From assembly GCA_965198115.1 (NCBI GenBank), contig OZ240241.1:6944001-7008000 (forward strand): a stretch of 64,000 bases of DNA. The letters run 5' to 3'. This DNA is from Candidatus Latescibacterota bacterium (GTDB lineage Bacteria; Latescibacterota; UBA2968). The notes under the pieces are model-generated. The model made no database searches. It had not been told where the DNA came from and was given only the letters and a program-made list of their open reading frames with translations. Shown piece by piece: positions 40,001 to 49,927 of the stretch. Each line of letters opens with the position of its first letter. The first letter of the stretch is position 1. The position numbers and the translations under genes were made by a program.

Positions 40001-40954
40001 TCAAAGGTCGGCGGCGAGACGGAATCCGAGGTTGCCGGTCGAGCTATCTGGGGTGTTTGCGCTGCGGGCGGCGACGCGGTAACGATTGCAGTACGAGTCG
40101 TGACACAGGTAAGACCCGCCCCTCATCGCGCGGGCATCCCCTCGGTCGGGTCCTCGCGGGTCACGCGGATCACTCTCTTTATGGTAAGCTGGCGAGAACC
40201 AATCTTCGCACCATTCCCAGACATTCCCCGATACATTATTTAAACCGTAATCGTTGGATTGGAAGGCATCGACGGGTGAGGTTCCAATATATCCGTCCGA
40301 CTCCGTATTCGAGTCTGGGAAGCTTCCTTGCCAGATATTGCACCGATGCTTCCCGCCCGGGGTGAGTTCGTCACCCCAGGGATAGGTGCACCCCTCCAAT
40401 CCTCCACGGGCCGCGAATTCCCATTCTCCCTCTGTTGGCAACCTCCCAGCGGCCCATTCACAATAGGCTCTCGCATCATTCCACGAGATATGGACGACCG
40501 GGTGGGCCCCGCGACCGTTAAGTCCGCTGGTCGGGCCCTCGGGCCGCTCCCAGTATGCGCCTTCGACAGGCCACCACCACGGGGTGATTTCGACCACTCG
40601 GTCGATTCGGGCGGCCGTGTCTGGGGAGACGAAGAGATGGAATACGAACGACCAGCCGAATAGCTCGGCCTCCGTCTTGTAGCCTGTTACCCGCACGAAC
40701 CTTGAAAACTCGGCATTCGTCACGGCGTGGGCGCTGATACGGAAAGGTGATACGGCAACTTCACGTGCCGGACCCTCACCATCATCGGGAAAACCCTCCG
40801 CATCGTCTGTTCCCATGAGAAAACTGCCGCCCTCCAGTTCCAACAAATCCTTGACCTGCCTCCCGCGAGAAACACCCTTCTTTCGAGAGCGTTTCGGACG
40901 CTGGGAGGGGCGCCTATCGTTGAGTCTTTGTGGACTGCAGCAGGCTGATTTCAT
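40001..40954 (-). CDS. Formylglycine-generating enzyme (sulfatase-modifying factor 1)
   Basis: HPVVHISWNDA, RLPTEGEWE, GNVWEW, RGGSYLCHDSYCNRYRVAAR with both catalytic Cys. Confidence 0.92.
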   Translation of the reverse strand: MKSACCSPQRLNDRRPSQRPKRSRKKGVSRGRQVKDLLELEGGSFLMGTDDAEGFPDDGEGPAREVAVSPFRISAHAVTNAEFSRFVRVTGYKTEAELFGWSFVFHLFVSPDTAARIDRVVEITPWWWPVEGAYWERPEGPTSGLNGRGAHPVVHISWNDARAYCEWAAGRLPTEGEWEFAARGGLEGCTYPWGDELTPGGKHRCNIWQGSFPDSNTESDGYIGTSPVDAFQSNDYGLNNVSGNVWEWCEDWFSPAYHKESDPRDPRGPDRGDARAMRGGSYLCHDSYCNRYRVAARSANTPDSSTGNLGFRLAADL

Positions 40955-41084
40955 TTCCTCAACCCGTGATTCTGAGGTTATAGCTCAATAAGCAGGCGAA
41001 TGATAACCGGGCCCCAAGGACGTGTCAAGAATCCGGCCGGAAGCTGATATACTAGGAGCGAGGTGATCGGAACGTGTTCGAAGG

Positions 41085-42050
41085 CTACCGATAGACTTTG
41101 ACCACAATCTGACCTCTGATGACGGTCGCCGATGTGATGTTGGACCCACCCCTTGCTTCGATCCAGAAGCGATAGTTGCCGGTTTCGACGTCCCTGAGCA
41201 ACCCGTAAGTCTGCACCGTCGTGCCGATAATGCCAGTTGATGGGAGCCCGGCTGCGATGGACCCTATGGGTCCCAGATCCACGTTGACCGGAGTGACCTG
41301 TTTGTAGCCCAGGCGAACCTCGAACGGAAAATTGGTGACCAGCTGGAAATACAGCTGGAATTCGAGGTCAACGAGTCCCTCTACATCGATGAACTGATCA
41401 AAGCCTACGGATTCGAACTCTGGGCCGAAGAAGACAACGTCGCCTTCCAGATCGTAGAAGATCGTGGTATCGAGCTGTGCAGACTGAGCAGGCTGTCCTG
41501 GGCCCACCCAGCGGCCTTCACTATCGAGTACAGCCGTGTCGCCAACCGAGAGACTGTCTACCGTTAGCAGTAAAGTTGTCAACGTGCCAGTGGCGTCCCA
41601 CGTGCCTCCTCCCCCGACTAGCTCGATCGATGACGGCGTAATCGTCGTGGCGGCGATATTGTCCGCTTCGCCGGACCGCATCGCATACGCCACGCTCACC
41701 ACACGCTGTCTGGGCAAGAGTTCGCCCGTCTCCGTTGCGAGGGAGAGGAAAAGGCTGTCTCGTTGGAAGACTCCTGCTGGGAAAGGTTCGAGGCTGCCAA
41801 GCAGGACGTTGAACACGCCGGCCGTGGCCGAAACGGGTTGTGATTCCTCCCATAAAGCCTCACCACCAGTCGATGCGGTATGAAAGCGGAAAGTGATCGT
41901 CAGAGTTTCTGGATTTCCGTCTGTCTCGGTGATTCGGCCCTGGTAATTCTCGGTGATTCGGCCCTGGTAATTAATGAGTTGCGGAACGTCCGCGGAGAGA
42001 GTGTGTGATCCGATTATCGCGGCGAAAATCAGGACGTAGATTCGATTCAT
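41085..42050 (-). CDS. Secreted hypothetical protein with VPQLINYQG N-terminal domain (tail-fibre-like surface protein family)
   Basis: Signal peptide; INYQG...LWEESQ...GVFNVLLGS...LLPRQRVVSVAYA. Confidence 0.6.
   Translation of the reverse strand: MNRIYVLIFAAIIGSHTLSADVPQLINYQGRITENYQGRITETDGNPETLTITFRFHTASTGGEALWEESQPVSATAGVFNVLLGSLEPFPAGVFQRDSLFLSLATETGELLPRQRVVSVAYAMRSGEADNIAATTITPSSIELVGGGGTWDATGTLTTLLLTVDSLSVGDTAVLDSEGRWVGPGQPAQSAQLDTTIFYDLEGDVVFFGPEFESVGFDQFIDVEGLVDLEFQLYFQLVTNFPFEVRLGYKQVTPVNVDLGPIGSIAAGLPSTGIIGTTVQTYGLLRDVETGNYRFWIEARGGSNITSATVIRGQIVVKVYR
41924..41971. repeat. Exact 24-bp tandem duplication (NYQGRITE x2)
   Basis: TCTCGGTGATTCGGCCCTGGTAAT at 41924-41947 and 41948-41971. 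Confidence 0.95.
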
Positions 42051-42201
42051 CGATACCCTCGAAATGGGGTCATTTCGGTCTGAATGATGAATGTAAGCTC
42101 CATCGGATGGGGGTGCAATTCTAGATCACGGATGACTTGCGCACTGTCAATGGGAGAGTTTATATTGCCTGGACCGATTGCGCACATCACTTGAATGGCG
42201 G

Positions 42202-42825
42202 ATGGAAGAATTGGCAGAATACACTGAAATCGTCGAGATGGAGGTCGTCGGGGTTGCCCCCGAACCCAACAGCAATCGCCCTCTGGTATGGCTGAAAGAC
42301 AAAGACCAGAAGGTGTTTCTGCCCATCTCCATCGGCAATTTTGAAGCGACCGCAATTTACATGGAAATCTACAACGAGCCGCCTCCTCGTCCAATCTGCT
42401 ACGATCTCATGCGGCAGGTGGTCGAGCAGGTGGGGGCCACCGTCGATCGCATTGTGATTAATGCCCTCAAGGACGGCACCTTCTTCGCGGAAATCACTGT
42501 TTCGGGCAGCGAAGGACGGTTCGTCATCGATTCGAGGCCTAGTGACGCGATCGCGCTTGCGCTACGCGTAGAAGCCCCTATCTTTGTCGATCCCCAGGTC
42601 ATCCACGACGCCGGACTGACGATCGAAGGTGAGGACGGGCCGGCGATCTGGGGCGAGGATCAACCGGAGTCGGAACGACCCGAAGCAGAATCACGCATCG
42701 AGGATATACCCGACGGAGATGCTTTGCTGGTCACGTTGAAAGGGAGATTGAAGGAGGCCGTTTCGAACGAGGACTACGAGGAAGCTGCGCGCCTCCGAGA
42801 TGAAATAGGGCGATTGACTGCGTGA
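42202..42825 (+). CDS. Bifunctional nuclease family protein (DUF151/BFN) with C-terminal UVR domain
   Basis: LPISIGNFEA, PPRP, IDSRPSDAIALA, EDYEEAARLRDEI. Confidence 0.9.
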   Translation: MEELAEYTEIVEMEVVGVAPEPNSNRPLVWLKDKDQKVFLPISIGNFEATAIYMEIYNEPPPRPICYDLMRQVVEQVGATVDRIVINALKDGTFFAEITVSGSEGRFVIDSRPSDAIALALRVEAPIFVDPQVIHDAGLTIEGEDGPAIWGEDQPESERPEAESRIEDIPDGDALLVTLKGRLKEAVSNEDYEEAARLRDEIGRLTA

Positions 42826-42952
42826 ATTTCATATTCACTTGCCCGCTGCCTTCGACGTGCCAGATTTCAGGGTGATAAGAAGCTGATTACGGGCGTTCTT
42901 AAAGCGTCTTTAACTCCATTTGTTTACGTGATTTGGATCACCGAGAATTCGC

Positions 42953-42981
42953 TTGACAGCCCATTTTCCTATTCGTATACT
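42953..42981 (+). promoter_or_regulatory. Near-consensus sigma70 promoter
   Basis: TTGACA-17 nt-TATACT in an AT-rich intergenic region. Confidence 0.7.
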
Positions 42982-43368
42982 TTGGCTTGTCGCTTTGGCT
43001 ACGACTACAGGATTTTCCTGTAAGCTACAAAAAAACAACGGACTTATATCGGAATTCTGGCGAGTGGAAATGTTTCTCTTTAAGTTGGGGGTTAGGGCCT
43101 TGCCGGGGATAGACATTCAAATCGCGTAAAAACAGGTAGTTGTGCTACTGCGCAGCCGATATTTGTGGCCAAAATTAGTGAGATTTAAATAAACTTGGAG
43201 GGCAAAAAAACTTACGGAAGGGAGGGAGATGTTATCGTAAATGGGCTGTTGGCTTTCACGAGCCGGATGCCGGATTTTCGTGAAAGCGAGTATATAGTTC
43301 CGCAGTGACTCTATGGGCTTGAGCGTGAGTTTTTTGCCTTCGAGTTATCCACTTCAAGGAGAGGGTAA

Positions 43369-46300
43369 ATGACCTTCAAGAAAATTGGAAGCCTTTTACT
43401 GGGAGCCCTGATGGTTGTGGGGTTGTCCAGCGCCGTTTCTGCCCAGACGATTCTGGAAGACGGCGATGGCGTCCGACTACGTGTTACAAACCCCGATAAC
43501 GGCGGATTCGCCGGGATCGGCAAGACTGTCGAAGTCGAAGTGCATTACCTGACTTCGATTGCTCCAACCAATATTCATGTGGCCATCGTGACGGACACGA
43601 CCGGCATTGAGGCGGACGAGTTTTCGGGAGGGACCCTGAATGATGCCAACCTGTTCGACGGCGCGTTCTTCGAAGAGGCCGCGATAGTCGATGATGTCCT
43701 CACGATCACTGTGGCCGATGGCGACAATGTCGTTCCCGAGGCGGTCAGTGGTGAAACTTCGTTCAGCAAAATTGTGTTCAAGTTCGAGGTGGAGGCTTCG
43801 GTGGATGTGTCGAGCAGCTCGGCCACGCTGTCCGCCGTCGCATACGTTGACAACCTCATCGAAACCGAGGGACAGGTGTTCAGCAACCTTGACACCGATG
43901 TGCCGACCATCACGGGCGACACAGGTGGTACGACCTTCGGTTTCGTGGGTGATGGTGTACAATTCGGCATCGACGCCACCCGTCCGACGGGTGTCATCAC
44001 GAACGTCTTCATCGATGCTAACGTCGCGGATACCGACGGTGACGATATACTCGATGGTGCCGGTGCCAAGAAGAGCCAGATTTTCAATCCCGGTTGGCTA
44101 ACGGGGATTGTTGATAATAACTTGAATGACGATATAGTGCCGATCGCGAAAGTCGACGACTTCGGTGACCTCGCTGCCTTGATTGAGGACATTGATGTTT
44201 CGACGGCTATGAATGGCCGACTGGAACTTACAGGTGGAGAACCCGTTTTCGCGGACATACCCGTCACGGCAATTAACGTTGGCGACGATCTAACGGTCAG
44301 CTTCAGGGTGACGAACCCCCCGTCGGGAGCTACCGGCGTGGTCTACATCGCCGACCCAGTCGATGTCATGGCAGGTAACGCCGCTGACAGTTCGATCTTC
44401 ACCTTCACCTTCACCTTTCTCGAGCTACTTGAAGGCACGGTCCGTGATTCAATCACGGTCGACTCTGGTTTGGTCGATGTGCTCGCGGAGGGTGATCCCA
44501 AGTTCGTCGGGAATAACCGGCGCATTATGGCCGCCGCATTCCTGGCGGATCGAGCGGGTAACCTGAGCGGGGCAACCGCTGACGCGGATGATCCCTTAGC
44601 TGAGACCGACCCGAACATTCACGTGCTCGATCTCACGCCTGCGACGATCACGCCGGTGCGGCCGAAGACGGCGACGGGCGAACTTCCCGACAGCAGCCGG
44701 TTCACGGCACTGGCCAAGAGCAGCATCTCCATCGTCGACCTGGTGAACGGTACGACTTCTCCGGACGTCGACTTCAATCTCAATCCGTTCGAGTTGTCGG
44801 TCGATGAAGGACTCACGGACATTCAGGTGACCTTCGTGACCGGTGGTGACGAAATTTCCCTGTCGTACAAAGAGAGGAACAACGCCGGCGATCTCGACAA
44901 CGATGTTATCGAAGACGCAGGCCTGGATCCGGCGCTCATCGCCGCGACCGACGAGTTGGTGGACGGCAATGGCGACGGCGTGCCCGACGCTGCGGTCAAG
45001 TTCGACCTCAGCAGTCTGATCATCGACCCGGATGCCGACGGCGATCTCAAGCGCGAAACGAACAAACAGGGCGGTCACAAGGGGTCGTGGACGGTCACGG
45101 TCGTGGACAGCGCCGGTAACGTGACCCACGACACGCAAGCGGATATCTGGTTCGACGGCGTCGCTCCGGATACGATGGATGCGAACTACTTCCCGACGGA
45201 GGCCGGAGCGCCCAGGGATCAGGACACCGACGTTCCGACGATCACTTCGGAAACGTCGGCTGTCGTGCTTAGGCTGTCCGAGGCATTGGACTCCCTGGCT
45301 GTCCAGTATGTCGAGAACACGGCGGTTTCGCCCACTACGTCCCTCATTCGCGTTCCACCGGGCGATGTGAATTTGGCTATAACGGACTCGCCGATCACAC
45401 TGACGCTTTCCGATTCGCTCATAACTGGCGAAGAGTACAAGCTCCAGGTCTTCCAGCGCGATCTTGCGGGCAACGTCAGCATGACGGCCGCCCAGACTCT
45501 GTTGTACGACAACGAATTCCCGAACCCCGAAGCCAGCGAGTTCAAGGTCGTGCAGGACAACAAGGATGTGGTCGCCGGTCAGTCAATGACCATCACAGTC
45601 ACGGCTCTGGACAGTGCTATGACGGCGGATATAGGTTCTGAGGTTGTTGACGTCACGTACGGTACTGAGGCATTCATTCGCATCGAGGAAGTTGTTTCGG
45701 CGAAGAAAGCGGCTCACATCACCTATACGTTCGATGGTGACGGTGTGACCGACAACGAGGATGGTACGGCCACACTCGACACTGACAACTGGAACCTCGG
45801 TGTGCGAGATGTCGACATTGTTTCGACGGGAATCATCGAAGCTTTCATCGCGATCGTGGAGGACAAGACGGGTGACGATGTCAACTTCGATGGCCAGACG
45901 GCGGATACGCTGAGTGTCGAGGCTGCGGATTTCCGTGCCTTCGCAGTGAAGGTGCTGGAAGACGGTGTCGAAACGGATGAAGTTTCTGGTGAGTTCACCG
46001 TTTGGGTACATCCAACGGATATCCACGGCAACATGAGCGCCAAGCTGTTTGAAGAGGGAGTCGGCACGACGCCCGTGGAAGCGGATTCGCTGAAGTTGTT
46101 GGAAGCGAATATTAAACCGGCCAATGTGCTTGCGGAGATATTTGTCGAGTTATCGGCTAGCGTCGGCGATGTGGTTCCGCCGCCAGGCCCGCAAGCTTTG
46201 CCCAGAGAAGGCTACGCCTTCACCGCCACTGCTCCAGACCGCGCAGGTGAAGGTCTCGTGATTACGGTCCGTTCTGTCGATGGCGGCACGCTCGGTTTCA

Positions 46301-48348
46301 CGGATGATGTCAATGAAAAGTTCAAATTGGCTACCGGATCTAGTGAGTCACTCACCTTCACGCCGTTCGGTGAAGTTCCGCCGCCGCCGTTGCCCGACCT
46401 CGTAGCTCCGGCAACCCTGATCGTTCAGGACTACCTCGGAGCCGACGGGCTGGGCGATCAGGGTGGATTCGTGATCGTGTCTTACACTGCCTCTGAGGGT
46501 GCTGCGCGTCATCGCCTCTATCGCAAGATCCCGGTTCGGGCCGGACGGGACGAGAATGGCGACTTGGTTGCATTTGAGCCATTTGAGACACCGGTTGACA
46601 TGTGGGTGCCTTGGGCGTCGTTCGATGCTGCCGCTGATGATGACGGCATTGGACGTAGTGTCGTTCCAACGCTCGATAACGTCGCATCGAGCTGGGCCAT
46701 CACAGCAGAGCGTGGCGGTGCCTCTTCGGGGCAAACGGTTGCATCGAAGCGTGTGTTCACGAAGCAACTCGTTCAGAATATGGTCTCGTTCCTCGGCGTC
46801 GATCCGAACCGTGTCCTCTCAACAGAGGAACTCGGCGAGGTCTTTGCACCGTCAGAGGACTATGTGAAATCGATCATCGGTGACCAGAAGGACGTTCAGT
46901 TCACGGCCCTCGATATCGACTTTACAGCGCTGGTCGGTGGAGCCAACACGGTTCCGCAGTCCATCCGCACGCAGACCAGTCCGATTCAGTCTTCGGCCCG
47001 CACGGAAACAGATGCACCCGTGAAGGCCGTTGACAACCTGCCCCCCGCCGCTGTCGAAGGCGCTGCCGGTACATTCGACGGTGCCAACGTCAGCCTTGAG
47101 TGGCAGGTGTCGAGTGACGACCGCGTGGTGGGTAGCATGAGTTATCTCGGCCACTCGATTCCGATCGCGGGTGTGGATCGCTACGAAGTGTGGCGTGGCG
47201 AGAGTGTAGACGCGCTGGAACTCTATGACACCGTAGAGGCTGGCGAAACCACCTTCCTCGATCAGGAAGTCCCGGGCTTTTCGTCCGTGATTTACCGGAT
47301 CGATGCGGCTGATCTCGATAACGTCACACAGGGAACCGCGGTCACGATGGAACTCCTCACCTCGAGGATTCCCTACGAGACAGCTGATGGTCTCCCGGTG
47401 TATATCATCCTCGTGAATGGTGCGACGCCCTTGACGCAGGACTTCGAGGACTTCATTGCCTTCGCGGGTGCATTCCAGAAGTCGGCTGGTGAGTCAGGAT
47501 TCCTGTTCCAGGCCGATACCGACGACAGCGGCACGATCGACTTTACAGACTTCCTGGGCTTTGCCGGCGCCTTCCAGCGCGAGGCAGTTGCTCCGGCAGG
47601 GATGAAGGTCGTTCCCGCAATGCTGTTGCCCGGTGTGAACGACAACGTCGAGCTCGCACTCAGCTTGAGTGACAGCAAGGTACTCGCTGGTCAGACCGTG
47701 ACGGTAAACGTCGCCCTGGCCAACGCTGCCGCGCTCAACGGCTTCGGTTTCGAGCTGCTCTACGATGCGGATAAGTTTGAGTATGTCGAATCCGCAGCGG
47801 CCGAGCAGGATCTGCTGAAGTCCGGTGGTGCGGACACGCCGCTGTTCCTCGCTCACCAGGAAGAGGTCGGCCAGCTGATGATCGCCAACGCGATCGTCGA
47901 CGGCGCGCCAGTTTCGGGTGAGGGTGAGGTTGTGAGCCTGACGTTCAAGGTGCTTCAGGAGTTCGAGGAGAACGCACGGTTCGAGATCGCTGACGGTATC
48001 GTGTTCGATCACGAGCAGCTTTCGAACCCGGTCGTCGCCCTCGGCAGCCTGAGCGTCGAAAGCACCCCGACGGAGTTCGCGTTGCTGCAGAACTTCCCGA
48101 ACCCGTTCAACCCTGAAACCACGATCAAGTACAACCTCGCCGAAGGGACGAACGTCAGCCTCCGCATTTACAATGTGGTCGGTCAGGTCGTTCGCACGCT
48201 CGTCGCTGAGCCCCAGACGGCAGGTCGCTACACGGTCCGGTGGAACGGAACGGACGATCGAGGGGTGTCCGTATCGAGTGGGATCTACTTCTACGAACTC
48301 CGTAGCAGCGGATTCCAGGACGTCAAGAAGCTGATGCTGCTGAAGTAA
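43369..48348 (+). CDS. Large acidic secreted protein: Ig-like repeats, EF-hand/dockerin-like module, cohesin-like domain, FlgD-Ig/T9SS-like C-terminal domain
   Basis: Signal peptide; repeated DxAGN motifs; DFEDFIAFAGAF...DTDDSGTIDFTDFLGFAGAF; GQTVTVNV...GFGFELLYD...LTFKV; LLQNFPNPFNPETTI...KKLMLLK. Confidence 0.8.
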   Translation: MTFKKIGSLLLGALMVVGLSSAVSAQTILEDGDGVRLRVTNPDNGGFAGIGKTVEVEVHYLTSIAPTNIHVAIVTDTTGIEADEFSGGTLNDANLFDGAFFEEAAIVDDVLTITVADGDNVVPEAVSGETSFSKIVFKFEVEASVDVSSSSATLSAVAYVDNLIETEGQVFSNLDTDVPTITGDTGGTTFGFVGDGVQFGIDATRPTGVITNVFIDANVADTDGDDILDGAGAKKSQIFNPGWLTGIVDNNLNDDIVPIAKVDDFGDLAALIEDIDVSTAMNGRLELTGGEPVFADIPVTAINVGDDLTVSFRVTNPPSGATGVVYIADPVDVMAGNAADSSIFTFTFTFLELLEGTVRDSITVDSGLVDVLAEGDPKFVGNNRRIMAAAFLADRAGNLSGATADADDPLAETDPNIHVLDLTPATITPVRPKTATGELPDSSRFTALAKSSISIVDLVNGTTSPDVDFNLNPFELSVDEGLTDIQVTFVTGGDEISLSYKERNNAGDLDNDVIEDAGLDPALIAATDELVDGNGDGVPDAAVKFDLSSLIIDPDADGDLKRETNKQGGHKGSWTVTVVDSAGNVTHDTQADIWFDGVAPDTMDANYFPTEAGAPRDQDTDVPTITSETSAVVLRLSEALDSLAVQYVENTAVSPTTSLIRVPPGDVNLAITDSPITLTLSDSLITGEEYKLQVFQRDLAGNVSMTAAQTLLYDNEFPNPEASEFKVVQDNKDVVAGQSMTITVTALDSAMTADIGSEVVDVTYGTEAFIRIEEVVSAKKAAHITYTFDGDGVTDNEDGTATLDTDNWNLGVRDVDIVSTGIIEAFIAIVEDKTGDDVNFDGQTADTLSVEAADFRAFAVKVLEDGVETDEVSGEFTVWVHPTDIHGNMSAKLFEEGVGTTPVEADSLKLLEANIKPANVLAEIFVELSASVGDVVPPPGPQALPREGYAFTATAPDRAGEGLVITVRSVDGGTLGFTDDVNEKFKLATGSSESLTFTPFGEVPPPPLPDLVAPATLIVQDYLGADGLGDQGGFVIVSYTASEGAARHRLYRKIPVRAGRDENGDLVAFEPFETPVDMWVPWASFDAAADDDGIGRSVVPTLDNVASSWAITAERGGASSGQTVASKRVFTKQLVQNMVSFLGVDPNRVLSTEELGEVFAPSEDYVKSIIGDQKDVQFTALDIDFTALVGGANTVPQSIRTQTSPIQSSARTETDAPVKAVDNLPPAAVEGAAGTFDGANVSLEWQVSSDDRVVGSMSYLGHSIPIAGVDRYEVWRGESVDALELYDTVEAGETTFLDQEVPGFSSVIYRIDAADLDNVTQGTAVTMELLTSRIPYETADGLPVYIILVNGATPLTQDFEDFIAFAGAFQKSAGESGFLFQADTDDSGTIDFTDFLGFAGAFQREAVAPAGMKVVPAMLLPGVNDNVELALSLSDSKVLAGQTVTVNVALANAAALNGFGFELLYDADKFEYVESAAAEQDLLKSGGADTPLFLAHQEEVGQLMIANAIVDGAPVSGEGEVVSLTFKVLQEFEENARFEIADGIVFDHEQLSNPVVALGSLSVESTPTEFALLQNFPNPFNPETTIKYNLAEGTNVSLRIYNVVGQVVRTLVAEPQTAGRYTVRWNGTDDRGVSVSSGIYFYELRSSGFQDVKKLMLLK

Positions 48349-48364
48349 CAGCACCAGTATACGG

Positions 48365-48394
48365 AGCGGGAGCCAGAGTCATCTGGCTCCCGCT
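48365..48394 (+). other. Perfect 13-bp intergenic hairpin without a U-tract
   Basis: AGCGGGAGCCAGA-GTCA-TCTGGCTCCCGCT. Confidence 0.7.
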
Positions 48395-48426
48395 TCACAC
48401 AGCCAGGAAATAGAGAGCAAGTTTTA

Positions 48427-49866
48427 ATGGAAGGAACGAAGATGGTGAAGAAAGGGATGATGGCATTAGCCGTCCTGCTTTTCCTGGTGCACAGCGCGCA
48501 CGCGGGACCTAATGCGGCCGCTGTACCGTCACTGGACTTGACGGCCGGAAACTCAACGGACGATGGGGTGACGGTTGCGACTGATGTCGCCGAAGGCACG
48601 GCGATCCAGGTCGAGGTCTTCGCGACGGGGATCGCATCGACACTTCTGGGTATGAATCTCGAATTCACGGTGGATCAGGCCGTGGTCACCGCCGTTGGTT
48701 ATAGCGGCCCATTCGATATTCCACTCGTACAGGACACGAGTGTGGGCGCGGTGAGCTTTTCAGGCCCAGTCACGATTGATGCCGCAGGCTTCCTCGGAAC
48801 GGTGACTTTCGCTCCGGCGGCTGGCGTGACGACAAGCACTGAGTTCGAGATCACATTGGCGTCGATCGTTCTTGGCGATGCCAATCAAGTTCGAGATACA
48901 CTCTCGGTAACGGGCGTGACGTCGACGCTGACGTTTAACCAGGCGCCTCCGGGTCCTCTGGAACTCAGTGGCCCTGCCGATCCGATCGATACGATGGGAT
49001 CGGGAACGGCCGATATCGCCATTGCCAATCTGACGAGCGGCGACACGATCGAATGGACCGTGTCAGTCACGGGCGGTGCTGGCGCGGTTGCTGGAGTAAC
49101 AGGTCAGAGCGGATCGGCATCGATCGGCACAGAGTTTACGTTCAGTACCACGGCGAGCGCTGCGACAGAGACGATCACGCTCGAGGCTAGCGGAGCCAAC
49201 TCCACCGTAACGGTTTCGGCGTCGGTCAACGGCACGGCGATCGGCACCTTTGCGGTGGTGTTCAGCCAGCTGTCGGCGGCCGAGCTCTCCTCCTTTGGTG
49301 GTGAGATCGTCGAAGAGGCGGTCGTGCTCAACTGGACGACTGTTTCGCAGACGAACAACGCCGGTTGGCGTGTGCTTCGGAGTGAAGACGGCGTAACCTA
49401 TACGCCCGTCAGTGATCTCATTCCGGGCGCCGGGACGACGGACGCGACACTTCCTTACCAATTCCAGGATGAGGATGTGCCGGCTGTGGAGCTGATCTAC
49501 TATCGCCTCGAGCAGGTCGATCTGGACGGTCGCATTTCGCAGACCAGCCCGATCGAGGTCATTCTGGGCGCGCGTTTCCTCGACTTGCCGAGTGACTTCG
49601 GGACGAGCATCTACCCGAATCCGTTCAACCCCAGCACGACGATCGCCTACAACCTTCCGTCAGAGGCATCTGTTTCGATCGTGATTTACGACGCACTCGG
49701 CCAGGAAGTTCGCCGGCTGATCAGCGAGACGAAATCTGCTGGACGTTACACGATTCGGTGGGATGCGCGTGACAATCTTGGACGCGGCGTCGGTAGTGGC
49801 GTTTACATTGCCAAGGTCGAGGCCGGACAGTTTTCGGCTGCGCAGAAGATGCTGCTCCTGAAGTAA
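48427..49866 (+). CDS. Secreted Thr/Ser/Gly-rich protein with N-terminal cohesin-like domain and FlgD-Ig/T9SS-like C-terminal domain
   Basis: Signal peptide; AELSSF...LNWTTVSQTNNAGW...YYRLEQVDLDG; YPNPFNPSTTI...KMLLLK. Confidence 0.78.
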   Translation: MEGTKMVKKGMMALAVLLFLVHSAHAGPNAAAVPSLDLTAGNSTDDGVTVATDVAEGTAIQVEVFATGIASTLLGMNLEFTVDQAVVTAVGYSGPFDIPLVQDTSVGAVSFSGPVTIDAAGFLGTVTFAPAAGVTTSTEFEITLASIVLGDANQVRDTLSVTGVTSTLTFNQAPPGPLELSGPADPIDTMGSGTADIAIANLTSGDTIEWTVSVTGGAGAVAGVTGQSGSASIGTEFTFSTTASAATETITLEASGANSTVTVSASVNGTAIGTFAVVFSQLSAAELSSFGGEIVEEAVVLNWTTVSQTNNAGWRVLRSEDGVTYTPVSDLIPGAGTTDATLPYQFQDEDVPAVELIYYRLEQVDLDGRISQTSPIEVILGARFLDLPSDFGTSIYPNPFNPSTTIAYNLPSEASVSIVIYDALGQEVRRLISETKSAGRYTIRWDARDNLGRGVGSGVYIAKVEAGQFSAAQKMLLLK

Positions 49867-49885
49867 CGGCAGGAAAGATTTTGGG

Positions 49886-49927
49886 AAAGAGGTCGCCCGC
49901 GCTTTTGGCAGGCGACCTCTTTTTTTT
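49886..49927 (+). terminator. Intrinsic terminator (its T-tract is the ISL3 target)
   Basis: AAAGAGGTCGCC...GGCGACCTCTTTTTTTT. Confidence 0.8.

Noticed and set aside
42847-42862. Minus-strand sigma54-like TGGCACGTCGAAGGCA
   Set aside because: Poor -12 element and it points antisense into the nuclease gene
43201-43271. Possible c-di-GMP-I riboswitch (GGCAAA...AGCCGGATGCC) in the long leader
   Set aside because: Lacks the GAAA tetraloop and GACGCAAA core; an Infernal scan would be needed
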